Shown piece after piece: positions 1 through 13,226 of a DNA stretch of 64,000 nt. This DNA comes from Yuukianura sp. NJ FZ-2021. Its lineage: Eukaryota. Numbering within the stretch: position 1 is the first letter of the stretch; each line of letters starts with the position of its first letter. The stretch covers positions 1,426,001 through 1,490,000 of the forward strand of contig CM102283.1 of NCBI GenBank assembly GCA_046563655.1, read 5' to 3'. The position numbers were made by a program, and so were the translations under genes. The notes below the pieces were generated by a model, which was given only the letters and a program-made list of their open reading frames with translations, ran no database searches and had not been told where the DNA came from.

Positions 1-1207
1 AACTCTTTGAAAAAAAAATGTAATGTGCTGTCATTCAACATCCAGTTGGAGAAAAACTTTTTGAACTTTATGTTTATTACTTGACAGAATTCAATTTCGG
101 TTGTTGTTTTTTCTGTTAAAAAAAGTTTAAAATAAAAAAGTTTTTTCCACAAAGTTTTCACCAAACAGCTTCTTTCAATTCAAAATAAAAACATAAAAGT
201 TGGAGTAGGAAATTGGACAAAACAATTTCCGTTAGCATTTTATGTTTTTAAATTTTGAAATTTTGTTGGCGTGTTTTTTAGATGTATTTGAGCAGTAGTA
301 AACACTGAATTAAAATTTCAAAGGGAATGCGGATAGCCTCTAGCAGTTTCGGCTTGTCGCAAAGACTTCACATTTTATTTCTGTTTGTCCCCCTTGTAAA
401 GCCATTTTTTTTCGGAATCCTAGTTTCAATTTTTTTCAAAATGAGGATTTTGAACACCCAGAAATCCGGCGTTTTTCAAGTTTTATTCTCCGTTGTTCCA
501 TCAAGTCATAAATCATTTTGCTGTTGTTACCCCAGCAGCAGAGAAAGTAAGGCGAATTGCTGTACTTGGAAATTGAACCCCCGCGGCGTTTTCCTTCTAC
601 TACTCTCGAGACTTGAATTGAGTTCTCATCGCTGTACTTGGTGTGCTCCCCATGTGCATAAATGTACAATGTGTTTCAAAAGTCTGGCATAGCCTAACTT
701 AACCTAACCTAAATTTGAGCTCCTCAGTTCAGCAGGGGATTAATCTGGAGTGTTTATGGTTGAAGAACTAAACCGTTAGCGTTTTGTCTTCATTTTTGGA
801 ACACCTTGTACATTTCCAAATAAAGACGCAGGAAGCACAGTAAACGAAGTGCTGATGATGAGGTAAACGCTTTCTCCGTTCCCGCCTTTTCTCCTGGGTC
901 CCCACTTTGTGATTCTGCTCTCGTTCTAATGAAAGTTCTTGATATCTGAAGGCTTTACGTTGTTAGGTTAGGCATTGGGTTAGCCCTAGTGACCTCCCGA
1001 CCCTATGCCGCCAAATTGAAATTCTGAACACCACAAACGCCCACTTGAGAAGTTGTACTGTCTTTGGATCTTATTTACTACGAGGGCTTTGTGGATTGGG
1101 GAAAAGATGGGAATTAAATTGCGGAAGAAGTGGAGCAGAAAGTGAAAATCAGGAAGACCATAAATGTAGGGAGGGTTCAATTGACTTATGGGGGAGTATT
1201 GACTTAC

Positions 1208-4200
1208 GGAGTATTTGGCAAGGCGATTCACTGGACAGTTGAAAACTACAGATTCTGCTCCGGAATGAACGGTAATGTTGGTTGACGTGAAAAGCGAGTC
1301 GAAGAAAGGACTGTCTTCGGCACTTTCTCCATCATCTGAAAACAATTAATTAAAGTCAATTTGTAATTAAGTTTAATAGCAACTAAAATCAACTAAGAAT
1401 TAAAGTTGATCTGGAATTAAAAACTAAGCCTAATATTGACATTAGAAAGAGAAACCTGTGTGAATAAAAAGGAATATGTAGAAACATTGTCGTTTGACAT
1501 TCTTTTTGCATAAGGAAAGGTTAACGTTTGTTCCAAATTTTGCAATTTATGTAATCGATAAAAAATAGGCTATTGTATGAAAAACCGTTTGTATAAATCA
1601 TATACATTATATAATCAAACAATAACTCTGTTATGTAAATGATGTAACTATGCACAAGTTTTATACGAATTTGTCTTTTGTATCGGGTAAAGCTATATGG
1701 AGTGAATTTCGTTATGGAACAAGACGTTTTTATGTAAATGATGTAATGCCGATGATGTAAATTAAATGTAGATGTGAATTCTGTAAATTGTGTGAGGAGA
1801 GGAAAGGTGTGTTATGTAAATAAAAGTAAATTACGCATGAAAAGACAAACTTTTATGTAGATGACGCAAAGTTATGTAATGAAAGGAAATGTTTTATGTA
1901 AGAATTTTGTGTGAACATTCGAAAAAACGAGTTTTTATTTGCAAAAAGTTGAGTTATGTGGATCCTTGACTGATAATTTTTATGACGGTGAGATTTTGAA
2001 GATTCGCGGGAAGAGGGAGTTTGGGCGCTGACTGGCTAGCTGTTTGGTTCCCCGGTAAGTGCCCATTAATTCTTCCAGGAGAATAATTTCTGGCCTTGTT
2101 TCGAAAATAAATGGCTACTTGCGGAGACTTAATAAATGGGGGGCGAGGGGGCGGAGTCGGAACAAGAGAGAGATTCAAGTGGAAAGTTAGACTAGAGAGA
2201 GCCTAAATCCAAGTGAAAGTGAACCGAAGCCTGAACAATAAGAGCGGGATAGTATTGGATTTGCATTGGATTCTAACGGTTGTGAATCCCCATTCACAAC
2301 GACAATTTAATTCAATCTGATTAACCCTCAAACCAAAAGTTTTAAAGTTTCCGCCAAAAGAGAAGATCGAGGAATGTTTTGTTCTGCCAAATGCAGTGGA
2401 GTGGAGAAGTGGTGGGGCTGGTGGCTCGAAAAGAAACTAACTTTGGCGGGGCAAGAAAGTTCTTTGAATATTTTCTTGTTCAGTCCCCGTCCCACTACTG
2501 TTACTACAGACACTGTGAAATTGGATCGAATTCCATCAAATACTTTTTCCTTCTTTTGGCGCCAAAAAGGAAATTAAATTATTCCACTTTCACAAAAGGA
2601 AAAGCTCATTCCATTGACTTTTCACAACATTTTTCACAATAAGACGCACGTCCCGTTCACGTCTTTTACGACGGTCACGTCTAGTTTACAAAGGTCACAA
2701 ATCTCAACTTTTGTTTTTTATAGTTTTGCTTTCTAGTAGTTAAAAAGAAACTCTTTTTATACTAAAAATCTTTTGTGTTAAAAGAGCAAAGGTCAATAAA
2801 TGACCTCTTAGAAAGTGATGCGCATGTAAATCTTAGAATTTTTTCTTGAAAACGGATGAGGATTTTCATGATTTTTTGAAGATATTTTTTAGCGTCGTGA
2901 CCTCGTTTCTGAAAAAGAAATTGAGTCCGCTGCAATGCACACGAGTAGTACGCTACTTTTAATCCCCTATTTTATTTCCTGTCATAAATAAATTGAATTA
3001 TTTTCAGAGTGATGAAGTTGCCCACAGTCAGCAATCCGACTGCTATTATCTCCGAATCTCCAAATGTAGAGCAATGAGAATCTAAAAATCTACAAGGAAT
3101 TTGTAAAACCGAGAATCTTGAACGATTTTCTGTAGAAATTGTTCAAAGATTACAAAGAACAAACCAACTCGATAACAATTCCACTTCAAAATAAAGAGAT
3201 TAAACTTTCTCCATTAAATTCTTATTGGTCTTTGAAAATTACGCGTTTTCTCTTACGAAAAAAGTTCTTGAGGAAAGAAACTCACAAAAAATTCATCTTT
3301 CTCTAAAGTCCATGGTTTTTCAAGAATGAAATTTTTTTAAAAAAACATAAAGCAAAAAAATATTTTGTTCTGAACACTCATCTGATTTATTCTTATTTTT
3401 TGTTTTTTAGGATTTGGCTAATTCCGCAAGGACAATGTACTCCCGCTCTGCAGGTTTTGTTTTAAAAAGAATTGAGAAATTAAAAAAAAAAAAAATTAAG
3501 ACAATTTTTTTAAAGAAAAATTTGCCAAATCCTTTTGTTGTTGAACATTTTTGAAATGTTTACACGGATGGTGAGGGTGTGCATAAATGCGGATTATCTT
3601 CAGCTTAGGGTTTTTTTGTCGGTCTGCTCAAGTGAAAATCAAGTCTGCCTTGCTTTCTGCTTTCACTTTTCAACAAAAGCAGCTTTCATGATCCAAATCT
3701 TTAAAAATCTGCTTTCCTCTTCGAAATTCAAAAAACAGCTTTCCGGTTCTAAATTTCAAAAAAAGCTTTCCACTTGTACGTATCCCGGAGTAGTTTAACA
3801 AGAAAGATCATCAATTTAAAAGTTGTGAACTTCTGAAGGATTTTAATTTCCGCTTCAGTCACAAGCGCAGCTCAACTGGAGAAAGTGGGTGGAAAAGAAA
3901 AATAAGTTCCCCGTCGTGTCTTCCTTTCACGAAAAGCAAAAAAATCGAATAGCTAAGCACGCGAGAGGCGCCAAATTCAAAAAACAGAAAAACGCGTTTT
4001 TCCTCCTACTTTTTCAAACAAAAGAAGCGTAATTATTCGGAAGAAAGTTGAGGAAAGACTTAAGCTCTCCAGTGTCCCAAAACACCACGCAAAAAAAGTT
4101 CCTTAATCTTCCTCCGTCTCTCATTACGACCAGATAAAGAAGAAAGTCAGCTCATCTTTTGCGGTCGGAAACGAAAAAAAAGAGAGGGAAAGTAAACTAG

Positions 4201-7200
4201 ACGACGAACGCGCCGCCAAATTTCGGATTTTTAAAAAAAGAGAAAACGAAGAAACTTCTTCTCTCGTCTCTAGAATGCCGCCCCCAAATCCGCCTGTTTT
4301 ATATTACACACAAAACGATGATCTGATTCGCCCTCTTTCTCTTTTTATCTTTTACTTCGTACTTTGCTTTTTCTTTTGCTCTGAACACAGAAAAAGTTCC
4401 TTTTAAAACGTCAACTCCATCGAAAAGTTTAAGACTTGGCAGGAGGTCGGTTTTTGGCCTCCGAAATCTGATTCAAAAACTCCCGCACGAAATCCGAAAT
4501 TCTGAGGGAGAAAGGAAGAGGGAAGGAACAATGTTGGGAAATTATGACGTTTAACTTTCTTTTTTCTGCTCTCCTTCTCCCGAATCTTTGTGATCAGGAG
4601 CGAGAGAAGTGGTAGGCGGCCTACTTTTGGGAATTTGGCCAGGGCTAGCCTAATCCTCAGACAAAAGGGTTAGCCTAATCCTCGGAACTTAACCTAACTC
4701 TTGGTGGCGGCGGAATTTGAAGTGGAAGGAAAGCTAACTATTGTAACACTATCGGTTGTTATCTCAACCTTAAAGTTTTTAGCTTAAACACTGCTGGGGG
4801 CCAAAAAGTTCAAATTTTCAAAAAGTTGAAAAGAAATTTACAGAACAAAAACATATGTTTAAGTTTTGTAATCTGAAATTCCAAAAATGGTTGTAAAAAA
4901 CGCACCCCTTCGGGTAAACATCTATGTCCAAAGAAACTAACCTAAAATGTAGATCAAGCAACAAATAAAATTTAAAAAGCCCAACTTTTCAAAAATAAGT
5001 AACGCATTTCAATACTGGCCGAAGAACTGCTAAAGCAACTAAAAATTTGAACAACTAAAAATAACATTTCATAAAATTAGTCAAATATTTAAAAAAAAGT
5101 TAGCGTAGAATTTTGGTAAGATGAAAAAAATTGAAAAAACTGGTACGAAACTTGGAAAGGAAGCAAGAAATTTCGTAATTTGAAAAAATTGAGTTTATAA
5201 TTTAAAAAACTAGGCTAAAAATTTGAAATTTAAAGATCCCACCAGCGGGTATTTTGAAACAGTAGCGCGTGTAACCCGAGAGGGCTTGAAGGAACAAAGG
5301 TTTTAGAGCTAAGTGACTTTTTAAAAATACAAAGATGCGTAGGATATCATGTGCTCCTGGAGCGCATCATTCCAGACTAACTCTCTGTTTGAACATGTTC
5401 AAACGCTGAATATTTAAAGAATGCCAGAGGTTCAATAAATTTGAATATCCGTGTCCTTGGACTCGGAGCGCGGGAAAGTTTAAAGATGGCCGGCGGGAGG
5501 ATTTGAATGATTGAAGAGCGTGGGAGGAGGAGGGCGTGTAGGCCTGTTTGAACGATGTTTTAAACAAGATGAATTTGGCGGGTGGGAGCAGACGTGTCAG
5601 ATTAATAGACTTCTGCGTCCTCTTCGACGTGGCACCACATCCTCTTAAGACCTTTTTTTTTGAAATTTCAAGTCACTTTATTTGAACGAAAAAATTTCAA
5701 GTCACTTGCTTTTTTTGAAATTTCAAGTGGCGGGAAACTTGAAGTGGTAAGAGGGAAAGTACATGGTTGTCACTGACATGAAAAACGGGAAAATGAAAAA
5801 CTTGAAAACAAACTAGAAAAAAAGTTACGTAAAGCCAACTCGGAGATACTAAAACACTACAAATCCAGCATGCGAAAAATTTGAACTTGTTTACTTTTTG
5901 AAAGTTTATTAAAAAGCTTTAAATTGGGCTAAGTGGTACGCAACAAATATTTGTTTTGCTACACGTAATTCACATTTTAAGAATTTCCAAAGTTGGAAAA
6001 TTTAATACCCTGCGGTTCTAAATCGAAAAGTCAACAACTTCCATGTAATGATTAAATTCTTGTTTAATTTGTACACGTTTAAAACAAAAAACAAAATAAA
6101 AAATTGTCCAAGTGAGAGTTTGAAATTCAAAAAATGGAGCTTACTTTTTTTTTTACTTAGAACGTAACTTTTTACGTCTTCCTCTAAAATTTTGTGCTCC
6201 CAGTTTGACAAATGAGTTTTTGAACAAAGTGAGCCTGGTTGTACACTTTTCTCATTTGTACTTTCTCCCTAAATTTAATTTTTGAAAATCCCGGGTTCGG
6301 ATTTCTTAAACCTCCCCGCTTTCCCTTGACGCTTTTTTTTCTAAAATTTGTTCGTCTTGTGCCTCTCCTTCTTAAACTTCCGATTTAGAAAACGTCTTTA
6401 GTATTAGAAGTGTTGGATTTCAGGTCTTAAGTGCAAAGAAGTTGAAGCAGGGAACACATGAGGATGACATTGGTTGTTCTTGGGCTGAGACATTTGAGCA
6501 GTTCTGCCTTCTGTTCTTCTGTCAGTTGCGATATGCTGCTCTAATAAATTGATGTTTTCCACTTTCCTCTCCTTCGAACATCCAAATCCTGGATCAACCC
6601 TTTCACTTTCACTACTTCGCTTTTTAGAAAAGAGAAAGAAAGTAGGGAAAGCTAACACTGGAAAATCCCTGTAGCTTCTGCAAATACACTCCCCAAGTCT
6701 CCATTTCATCTCTCACGCCTCCCTTCCCATTGTTCTCTTACCGTTCACGACGCTGATGGACGGATACTCATCGACAGACTTGTGGACGGTAGTGAACATC
6801 TTACTACTTTAATATGGATGTAAAATTATGAAGGGATGAAAGTATGCAAAAGCAATCATTAGCCGAGATACTTAGAGCCGAATACTAAAGACAGAGATTT
6901 ATGAACGGAAACTTATGGCCAGATATGAGCTTGATGCCAATAAGCAGGTACTTAGGAACGAATGCTGCACGAGAGCACGCCATTGTTTCGAAAAGATTGT
7001 TTCGAATGCGAATTGCTTCGAAACACACATTTACAGACATTAGAGGAGAGATAATTATAGACAGACAAAGATAGACCGATGCGTGAGGGATAATACTAAT
7101 GAACGAAATTCTATATTATGAATATTAGGCATTTAGCTTAACTTTATTCTGTTTTTTGGCTATGCTTAATTAACCTAGCCTAACCTGACCGTCCATACTA

Positions 7201-7528
7201 GTCTGTGATTCTGTCCATAGAACCTGTGCATGAGCATCCGTCCACAAGAGTGCAGGAATTGTCTGCTTGAGAAAAGGCAGATAGAAGTGGTTCCAACTTT
7301 CACTTTCGCACAACGACAAAACAAACGTCTTCTGCCTCTCATGAAAATCATATAAAACGAGAGGAAAAAATCGTTTTCTTTTCTTCTTTTTTAAAAGAAA
7401 AGAAAAAGTAAAAGTAAATTTTCAGGTGGGAAGAGGAAAATAAACTTACCACTTCGAAGTGGAACTGCTTGAAATGTGACCAGAATCCACAAAAACAGAA
7501 GTCCTGTTTTGTCTGCTCTTCCACTCAT
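1208..7528 (-). CDS. Partial Dpr/DIP (IgLON-like) immunoglobulin cell-surface protein gene; remaining exons presumably run off the left end of the window
   Basis: Exon 1335-1208 (ttttcag| ... |gtaagt) encodes DDGESAEDSPFFDSLFTSTNITVHSGAESVVFNCPVNRLAKYS, matching the Dpr/DIP Ig1 start (P.F....N.T...G....L.C.V..L). It ends in a phase-0 intron where VSW normally follows. Candidate first exon 7528-7450 (MSGRADKTGLLFLWILVTFQAVPLRS, signal-like, G|GTAAGT) is phase-compatible. Intervening exons are not excluded. Confidence 0.6.
1630..1965. repeat. Degenerate dispersed TTATGTAAATGATG-type low-complexity repeat
   Basis: Many imperfect copies of ttatgtaaat/atgatgtaa over about 330 bp. Confidence 0.4.
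6757..7244. repeat. Degenerate inverted repeat, possible old MITE
   Basis: TGGACGGATACTCATCGACAGACTTGTGGAC at 6757 resembles the reverse complement of ~7212-7244 (TGGACGGATGCTCATGCACAGGTTCTATGGAC). No clear target-site duplication. Confidence 0.35.
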
Positions 7529-9575
7529 TTTGATTAGTTTAAAACTGGAACAGTAGAAAATGGAGCAGAAAATCTTTTCTTCTAGAAATTTTCTTCTTCA
7601 AAAATCAGAATTTTTTTTTTCGGAAAGGCACAATCACAAAAATGGTCACAAAAAATCAAATCAATTTTGGAGTGAAGTCTTTAATGTTCCTACCAAAAGA
7701 GAATAACGAATGTTAATGTTCTGGAAGAAGCACAAAACTTTGCACAAAAACGACCTTTTGCGCAACTTTTTAAAATTTCGTACTTTCTCCAAAAAGTTTT
7801 TTTCTTTTTGCAGAGCGTTTGTTTTTGTTTTGTGATGTTTACGACTCACTTAGTGTCTCAGTTTTTTTGCTTTTTTTTTAAAAAAACACACACAAAATTG
7901 TTGTATTTTCCTTCGTTTTACTTTTAGTTCCAAGTTCCTTTTGTTGGTCGTAATGGAATTAACCTTGGTTTAAACTCTTGAATGGACTCCAGAGAGGAAC
8001 TGAACCAGACCAAAGACGCTGCTCTCAGACAAGGCTGAAACACGTAACGGCTCGCCGCGGCGGCGCGGTTTGTTCAAACTTTCTCCGTTTGGCCAAAGCA
8101 CAAAGATTTCTCGTATGTAGAACCATTGTTTCCCCAGTTTTCTCCCGCAAACAGCAGAAATTGCCAAAACAAATCAGGCTAATTCAAAAGTAACCAATCA
8201 GAGGAAGCCCATTTCCCGATCAAACTTAGCAATACGAAGTTAGTGTCTCTTGAAATTGGCGGCTTTTGATTGGCTCGTTTTGATTTGGCCGAATTGGAAC
8301 GTGAACTGCTCCTATTGTAAGAAACGAGGCAAACGGGGGATGCAGAGAGGCGTAATAAGCAGGCAAAGATGCTTTCACCTCCTCAGCAGCCAAAACTGAC
8401 TTTTCAGCTCAAAACGACTTCGGTGGATCTTCCAACCTTTTCTTGCAACTTTCTGTGAGGGAGTTCTTTTTTGGTGTGGAAACTTTCTCCATGCAAATAA
8501 CATATCCGCAAACCGGCCAAAAAATTTACATCGTCCAAAGTGCAATTCCCAGACCACAAGTTTCAATAAGTTCCTTTGAGCATTTGTTCGGAGCCGTTTG
8601 GGAATCACATTCTGATTCAACGATCTCTTTGATCCGAACAGGAAGGAAAGAAAACTGTTACGCATATTGTTACTACTTCAAAAAAAGTTATGAAAATATA
8701 GAACAAGAATTTCAAAAACAAAAAGAGTTTTGGAAATAAACTGAAAAATTGTTTCATCGCTGCTGCTACTCTAATCGATCTCTGATTTTAAGAAAAGAAA
8801 ATTCTTAACAAAATTTTCAAATTTTGTGGGAGAGTTTCCTTATCGGTCGGTTTTAATTGCTTACACAGCTTGTTTCTGTTTTGAATTTAAATTTGGCGGA
8901 TAGTTTTGAAACTTAAAAATGAAAAAGTTGCTAGATTTTGAAAAGCGCAGAATGAGAAAAGTTTCAAGTTTTTGGATTTTGGAAGTGAACGAACGGTTGA
9001 GAGAATTTTAATAAAAGTTTTTAGGACTTCTGCCCTTCCAAGCTTTGGAGAAAGCCTACAACCCTTGAAAATCCAACAGTAGACAGAAGGACTTCGTTTT
9101 TGGAACTTGTCCCACTAGAGTCCCACCCTTGCCCCACCTCCCCCCGCACACAAAATCGGTGGGGCGGATACAAACTGTAACTTTTTGTGTCTGTCTACTC
9201 CCAATTGAGACGTTGATTGAATGAAAGGTGTGAAAAGCCAAATAATGTTGCGGAAGTGTCGCATTTTCTTTTTAGAACTATGGAGGCTAATGAAGTCACT
9301 TCGTCATAGAAGCTGGCGCCAAATTCAAATTCTTTGGTGGGAATTATTTCCTGGACTATACATTTCTCTTAAATCCATCTTTTTCAATTTGAATTCATAG
9401 TAACTCCGAAGACAACTTTCTTTTTCAGAAATTAATTAGAATTCACTTGTAAATGGAGGGGCGAATTATACTTGTGCTGATGCTGCTAAGAAATCTCTTC
9501 AAACCGGGCCACTTCAACTCAACTTTTGAAATTTCAAGTGGATTTTCTTTCACTTTCTTTACATTTCAGGAACTA

Positions 9576-10431
9576 TTGTTCATCTATTTTAAGAAGGCGG
9601 GTTTGAAATTCGCGCAAAAGTTTTATTTTTGTTTACTGTAACCCTCGTTGACTTAAGGTAGCTGTTGCGCATGTGTAACATGTGCAACAGCAACTGCGCG
9701 CGAGTGTCTTCTTTGTTCAAAACAGGTCAATTCCTTATTTTCATTTTATCTTATGTTTAACGTGGTTTCTCTTTCGCTAATTAATTGTTACCTCCATCAA
9801 TAATGGGTAAAGGGAAATCTTTTTCCTGGCAATCGAAGGAGATGATTGCCAGTACAGTGCTAACGTTTCTAGAAGAGAAAAGAAAATTTGAGAACGAAGT
9901 GAAGTTGGGACACATGAAGCATTCGGATATTCCCATAGACTATCTGAATGTGACCGATAGAACTGCCAAAACATTGCAGGTACGCAAGTGAAACTTAACT
10001 TTGTGAAATGACTTGGCGATGCACGGCTGGCTTGTATCAGGCATGTCATTGAATTAGAAAACCTAATCATGGAAACTGAAAACTTAGCAAATACCTTTAT
10101 GAGAACAAATCAAGATCGTATAATTATCGATTTGGAAAATGGATCGTCATCCGACACTGAGTACAGCTCAGAATCCAGCTCAGAATCCAGCGAAGAAGAG
10201 AGCGATTAAGTTTTAAAAACAAATTTCACTTAATTAGGATATGGGTTGTCGTAATTAAACTTTTGTCCATGGGTAACCTTCAGAGGAATTTAGCGTCAAT
10301 TTCAAATTTACCTTTTCTGAGTACGATAAATTGGTCGCGCCTTAACTCAACCCGTCAAATTTTACTTGCGTTGCTACTAGGAACAGCGCAAAAATAAATT
10401 TGAAACCCGCCTTCTTAAAATAGATGAACTA
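9576..10431 (+). mobile_element. Internally deleted IS630/Tc1/mariner-type DNA transposon
   Basis: About 35-bp TIRs (T[T/A]GTTCATCTATTTTAAGAAGGCGGGTTT[G/C]AAATT) flanked by TA at 9574-75 and 10432-33. Inside are an N-terminal exon (ATG 9803, MGKGKSFSWQSKEMIASTVLTFLEEK...NVTDRTAKTLQ|gt at 9980) and a C-terminal piece (ACIRHVIELE...DRIIIDLENGSSSDTE...ESD*, stop 10209). Both resemble the ends of insect Tc1-like DDE transposases; the DDE core is absent. Confidence 0.75.
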
Positions 10432-10627
10432 TAGATCTTTCGTCTCCTATTTCTACAGTACACAATTCCTTTCACTGGATTCTCATATTAATTTCAGCCT
10501 TAGCCAATCCCCGTGGTCCACAACGTCCCGGGTATTTTCAAAAGTTCAAAATTTCAAAACCTCCACAACAACAAACTTTCTCTTTCAATTTCAATTTCAT
10601 CGGAAAGGGCTTTTCGAAGTAACTCTC

Positions 10628-10860
10628 ATCGCAAAACGTTTTTTCATTGCTACACTCTCGTTGCAAAACGTTTGGTTTGCGTCACTACTGTGCCAAAAAC
10701 GTTTTTTTTACGCGGCTGTTGTGTTACAAAACGTTTGTTTTCACTTGCATTTTTATTTCATAGCTAAGCATATTCAATTAAAGCTTCTTTGTTGCAAAAC
10801 GTTTTTTATGCATACTGTGTTCATGAAGAACATAAAGTGATAAGTTTTCACAACGTTTTC
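10628..10860. repeat. Minisatellite of AAAACGTTT palindromic cores at ~32-33 bp spacing
   Basis: aaaacgttt-type cores near 10633, 10665, 10696, 10728 and 10796, with a weaker copy near 10850. Confidence 0.55.
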
Positions 10861-11103
10861 TGTTATGGATCACCTAGAAGAATTAAGTTAACTAGGAATT
10901 AAGAATTAAGTTAAGGCTATAGGCTCACAGTGAGGTTAATATTAGGTTTGCTGCGTTGGGCAATGAGGTTGCCCAACCCTGTTTGAGTTTTGAGTTTTGG
11001 CGTTTCTGTTTCGAATTTGAATGGAGATGAGGAGGGAAGTGAGAGCCAAGAATTTCGTTGGCGTGGAGACAGTGTCCGACTAAGTTATGAGGAGCAACCG
11101 AAG

Positions 11104-11535
11104 CACAGTGGGGCCGATTGCTTCAAACAACGACAAGCGTTTCGGGGAAACAAATTGATTGTTAGAAAATACACAATTATGGAGACAAAACAGTCGCTAA
11201 ATTATCGACATAGCAACCGATAGTACAGCGCGATTTCAGTTTTTATGTTTAGTGAACTGGTTTTCCCCTCATAGACGCAATTTTTCACCAACTTCAAAAA
11301 TCAGTTAAAAATACTAAATTGGTAAAGTGGCACCAAGTGGCAGTCGGACTTGGTACGTGATGCTGTCTAGTTTTTATTAAGATATTCAGGTTATCTGTAG
11401 GTAATGGAGATTTTTGGAGGATTTGATTTTTGTAAATCCTGATTTTGGCATTCATTTTTAATGTAATTTCTAAAAATCAACTTAACGTTTCCATTGACAA
11501 CCGTGGCGCCGGTTTGAAGCAACGGCCCCACTGTG
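11104..11535. mobile_element. Non-autonomous Transib-like MITE, 432 bp
   Basis: Both ends begin CACAGTGGGGCCG(A)TTGCTTCAAAC (inverted), with imperfect extension to about 70 bp. Perfect 5-bp TSD CGAAG at 11099-11103 and 11536-11540. Confidence 0.8.
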
Positions 11536-12717
11536 CGAAGGAAGTCGCTGTTGTGAACGGTTTGAATTACCCTCCCGCCATTCCAACTACAAACCGGGAG
11601 TACATAGGTTCCAATTTGAGGAAGTTGAGTTAGTTGGGGAGTTCCATTAAGCATGAGCATTCCCCTCTGATTATGTCCAGAGGAACCCATCGTCGGAATG
11701 ACTTTATCCAAAGTGTTCTTGGACTTTTTCCATCCAGCGATGGGCATCACAGAGGCTCAAGTTGGGGCTTCATAAAAACAGTTATACAAACAAATGTGCA
11801 GAAACGGAAGGAAAGGGAAAGAGTCGTAGATAAGGAGAAAGCAGGGACGATGCCAAGGAGGGGGCAGGAGATGCACATACATGGAATTCATGGACGCACA
11901 GCTATGGACGGTGTCCAATCCACGGAAATGTAAACAAGAAAGTTTTGGTAATCAAGGAGAAAGTAGAGAAGATGCCAACGAGAAGAGAGAGACGACCATA
12001 ACATGACTTTCACGTACGGCAAATGACGCACAGAAATAAATTGACGGTTGCGTCTTAACAATTTATTTTATGTCATCCGTCCATAAGTGTCCTTAAATGT
12101 TTTGTCTTGCTTGGTCTTAAGTAACGGCCGGAAAGAGTCCGTTCAAAAATGTCCGGTAACTGATTATTACCAGCCTTTGGAGCTCAACTGACAAAAAAAA
12201 GAATATTACGGAATTTTTATGACACTGAATCTCAAGTTGCAACTTCTGCGCAGTTACAACTAATGAGACAAATTCAAAAAATGTCAAAAATGGATTCAAT
12301 TTCAAACTTCTCACTTTTCATAACAAATTGCTTCTGTTGGAACAGCTTTACTTGTGGTGAGAAAACCGGTTCAAAAACTGCTTACCAGTAAACCACGCCT
12401 TAGAATTCTTTTGAACAAATGACTCTTGCGTGTTTAAATGACCAAAATTTGTTACAACTGGACGTTTTTTGTTGAAATTTTTCTTTTTATGGTGAGGATT
12501 TTGTTGAAAATTAGGTTAAGATCTAAAAGATTTTTAGTAAAAATTTGTTTTTCCATAAACGACAACACCTATTTCGAAAGTTTCATGAAATTTTTGAAAT
12601 TTGTGGTTGTAAAGACTATTTTGCGTGAGTGTGATGAAGGTGAGTGATGGATGTGACACAAGCAACAGTCGGATTTTGTTTTTATGAAAGTTAAAATGAA
12701 TCACCTTTGGACTTTGG

Positions 12718-13226
12718 TGTGAGGAAGCAAAAGTAAGGTTGGCAGTGTTGTCCACTGCACCATGGCTACCTCCTGGCCCACTAGAGGTAAACAACCAGAC
12801 TTTGCTATCCTCCGTGTGACTGGCCTAGCCACACACCCCACAGGCCCCCGCACATTAAGACCTGGACCCCAGGTCTCAGCCTTCAAGATCCCACTATCAC
12901 ACTGGACAGACAGAGCACCTTATCAGTTGGGTCGGATCTGATAAAGTCTGGGAAGGGGAGTAGGCATCAGGGACGTAGCGTCTTTAAGACAGTTACCTAT
13001 TCTGCTGTCCAGCAGTCAATGGTCAACCCGGCTCAGGCTAGGGTATGACAAGAAAAATTTTCTTGGCCACGGGGGAATCGAAACCCGTCTGAGCCCCCAC
13101 ATGTGAGGAAGCAAAAGTAAGGTTGGCAGTGTTGTCCACTGCACCATGGCTACCTCCTTGCCCACTAGAGGTAAACAACCAGACTTTGCTATCCTCCGTG
13201 TGACTGGCCTAGCCACACACCCCACA
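12718..13226 (-). mobile_element. TRIM-like miniature non-autonomous LTR retroelement, 509 bp
   Basis: Two 125-bp direct repeats (12718-12842 and 13102-13226), each TG...CA and differing at one base. 4-bp TSD TTGG (12714-17, 13227-30). On the minus strand TGGGGGCTCAGACGGG follows the 5' LTR and resembles a tRNA-Pro PBS (TGGGGGCTCGTCCGGG). The 259-bp interior is non-coding. Confidence 0.85.

Noticed and set aside
10628-10860. Regularly spaced palindromic cores as a CRISPR-like array
   Set aside because: Cores are only ~9 bp and degenerate, there are no cas genes, and the context is eukaryotic; a minisatellite explains it.
11391-11933. ORFs of 99-119 aa as a gene
   Set aside because: The minus ORF runs through the MITE boundary, and removing the MITE does not restore a convincing reading frame.
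12718-13226. Direct repeats as a CRISPR array or as duplicated small ORFs (GCVARPVTRRIAKSG)
   Set aside because: Only two 125-bp repeats with LTR hallmarks; the ORFs are incidental translations of the LTR.
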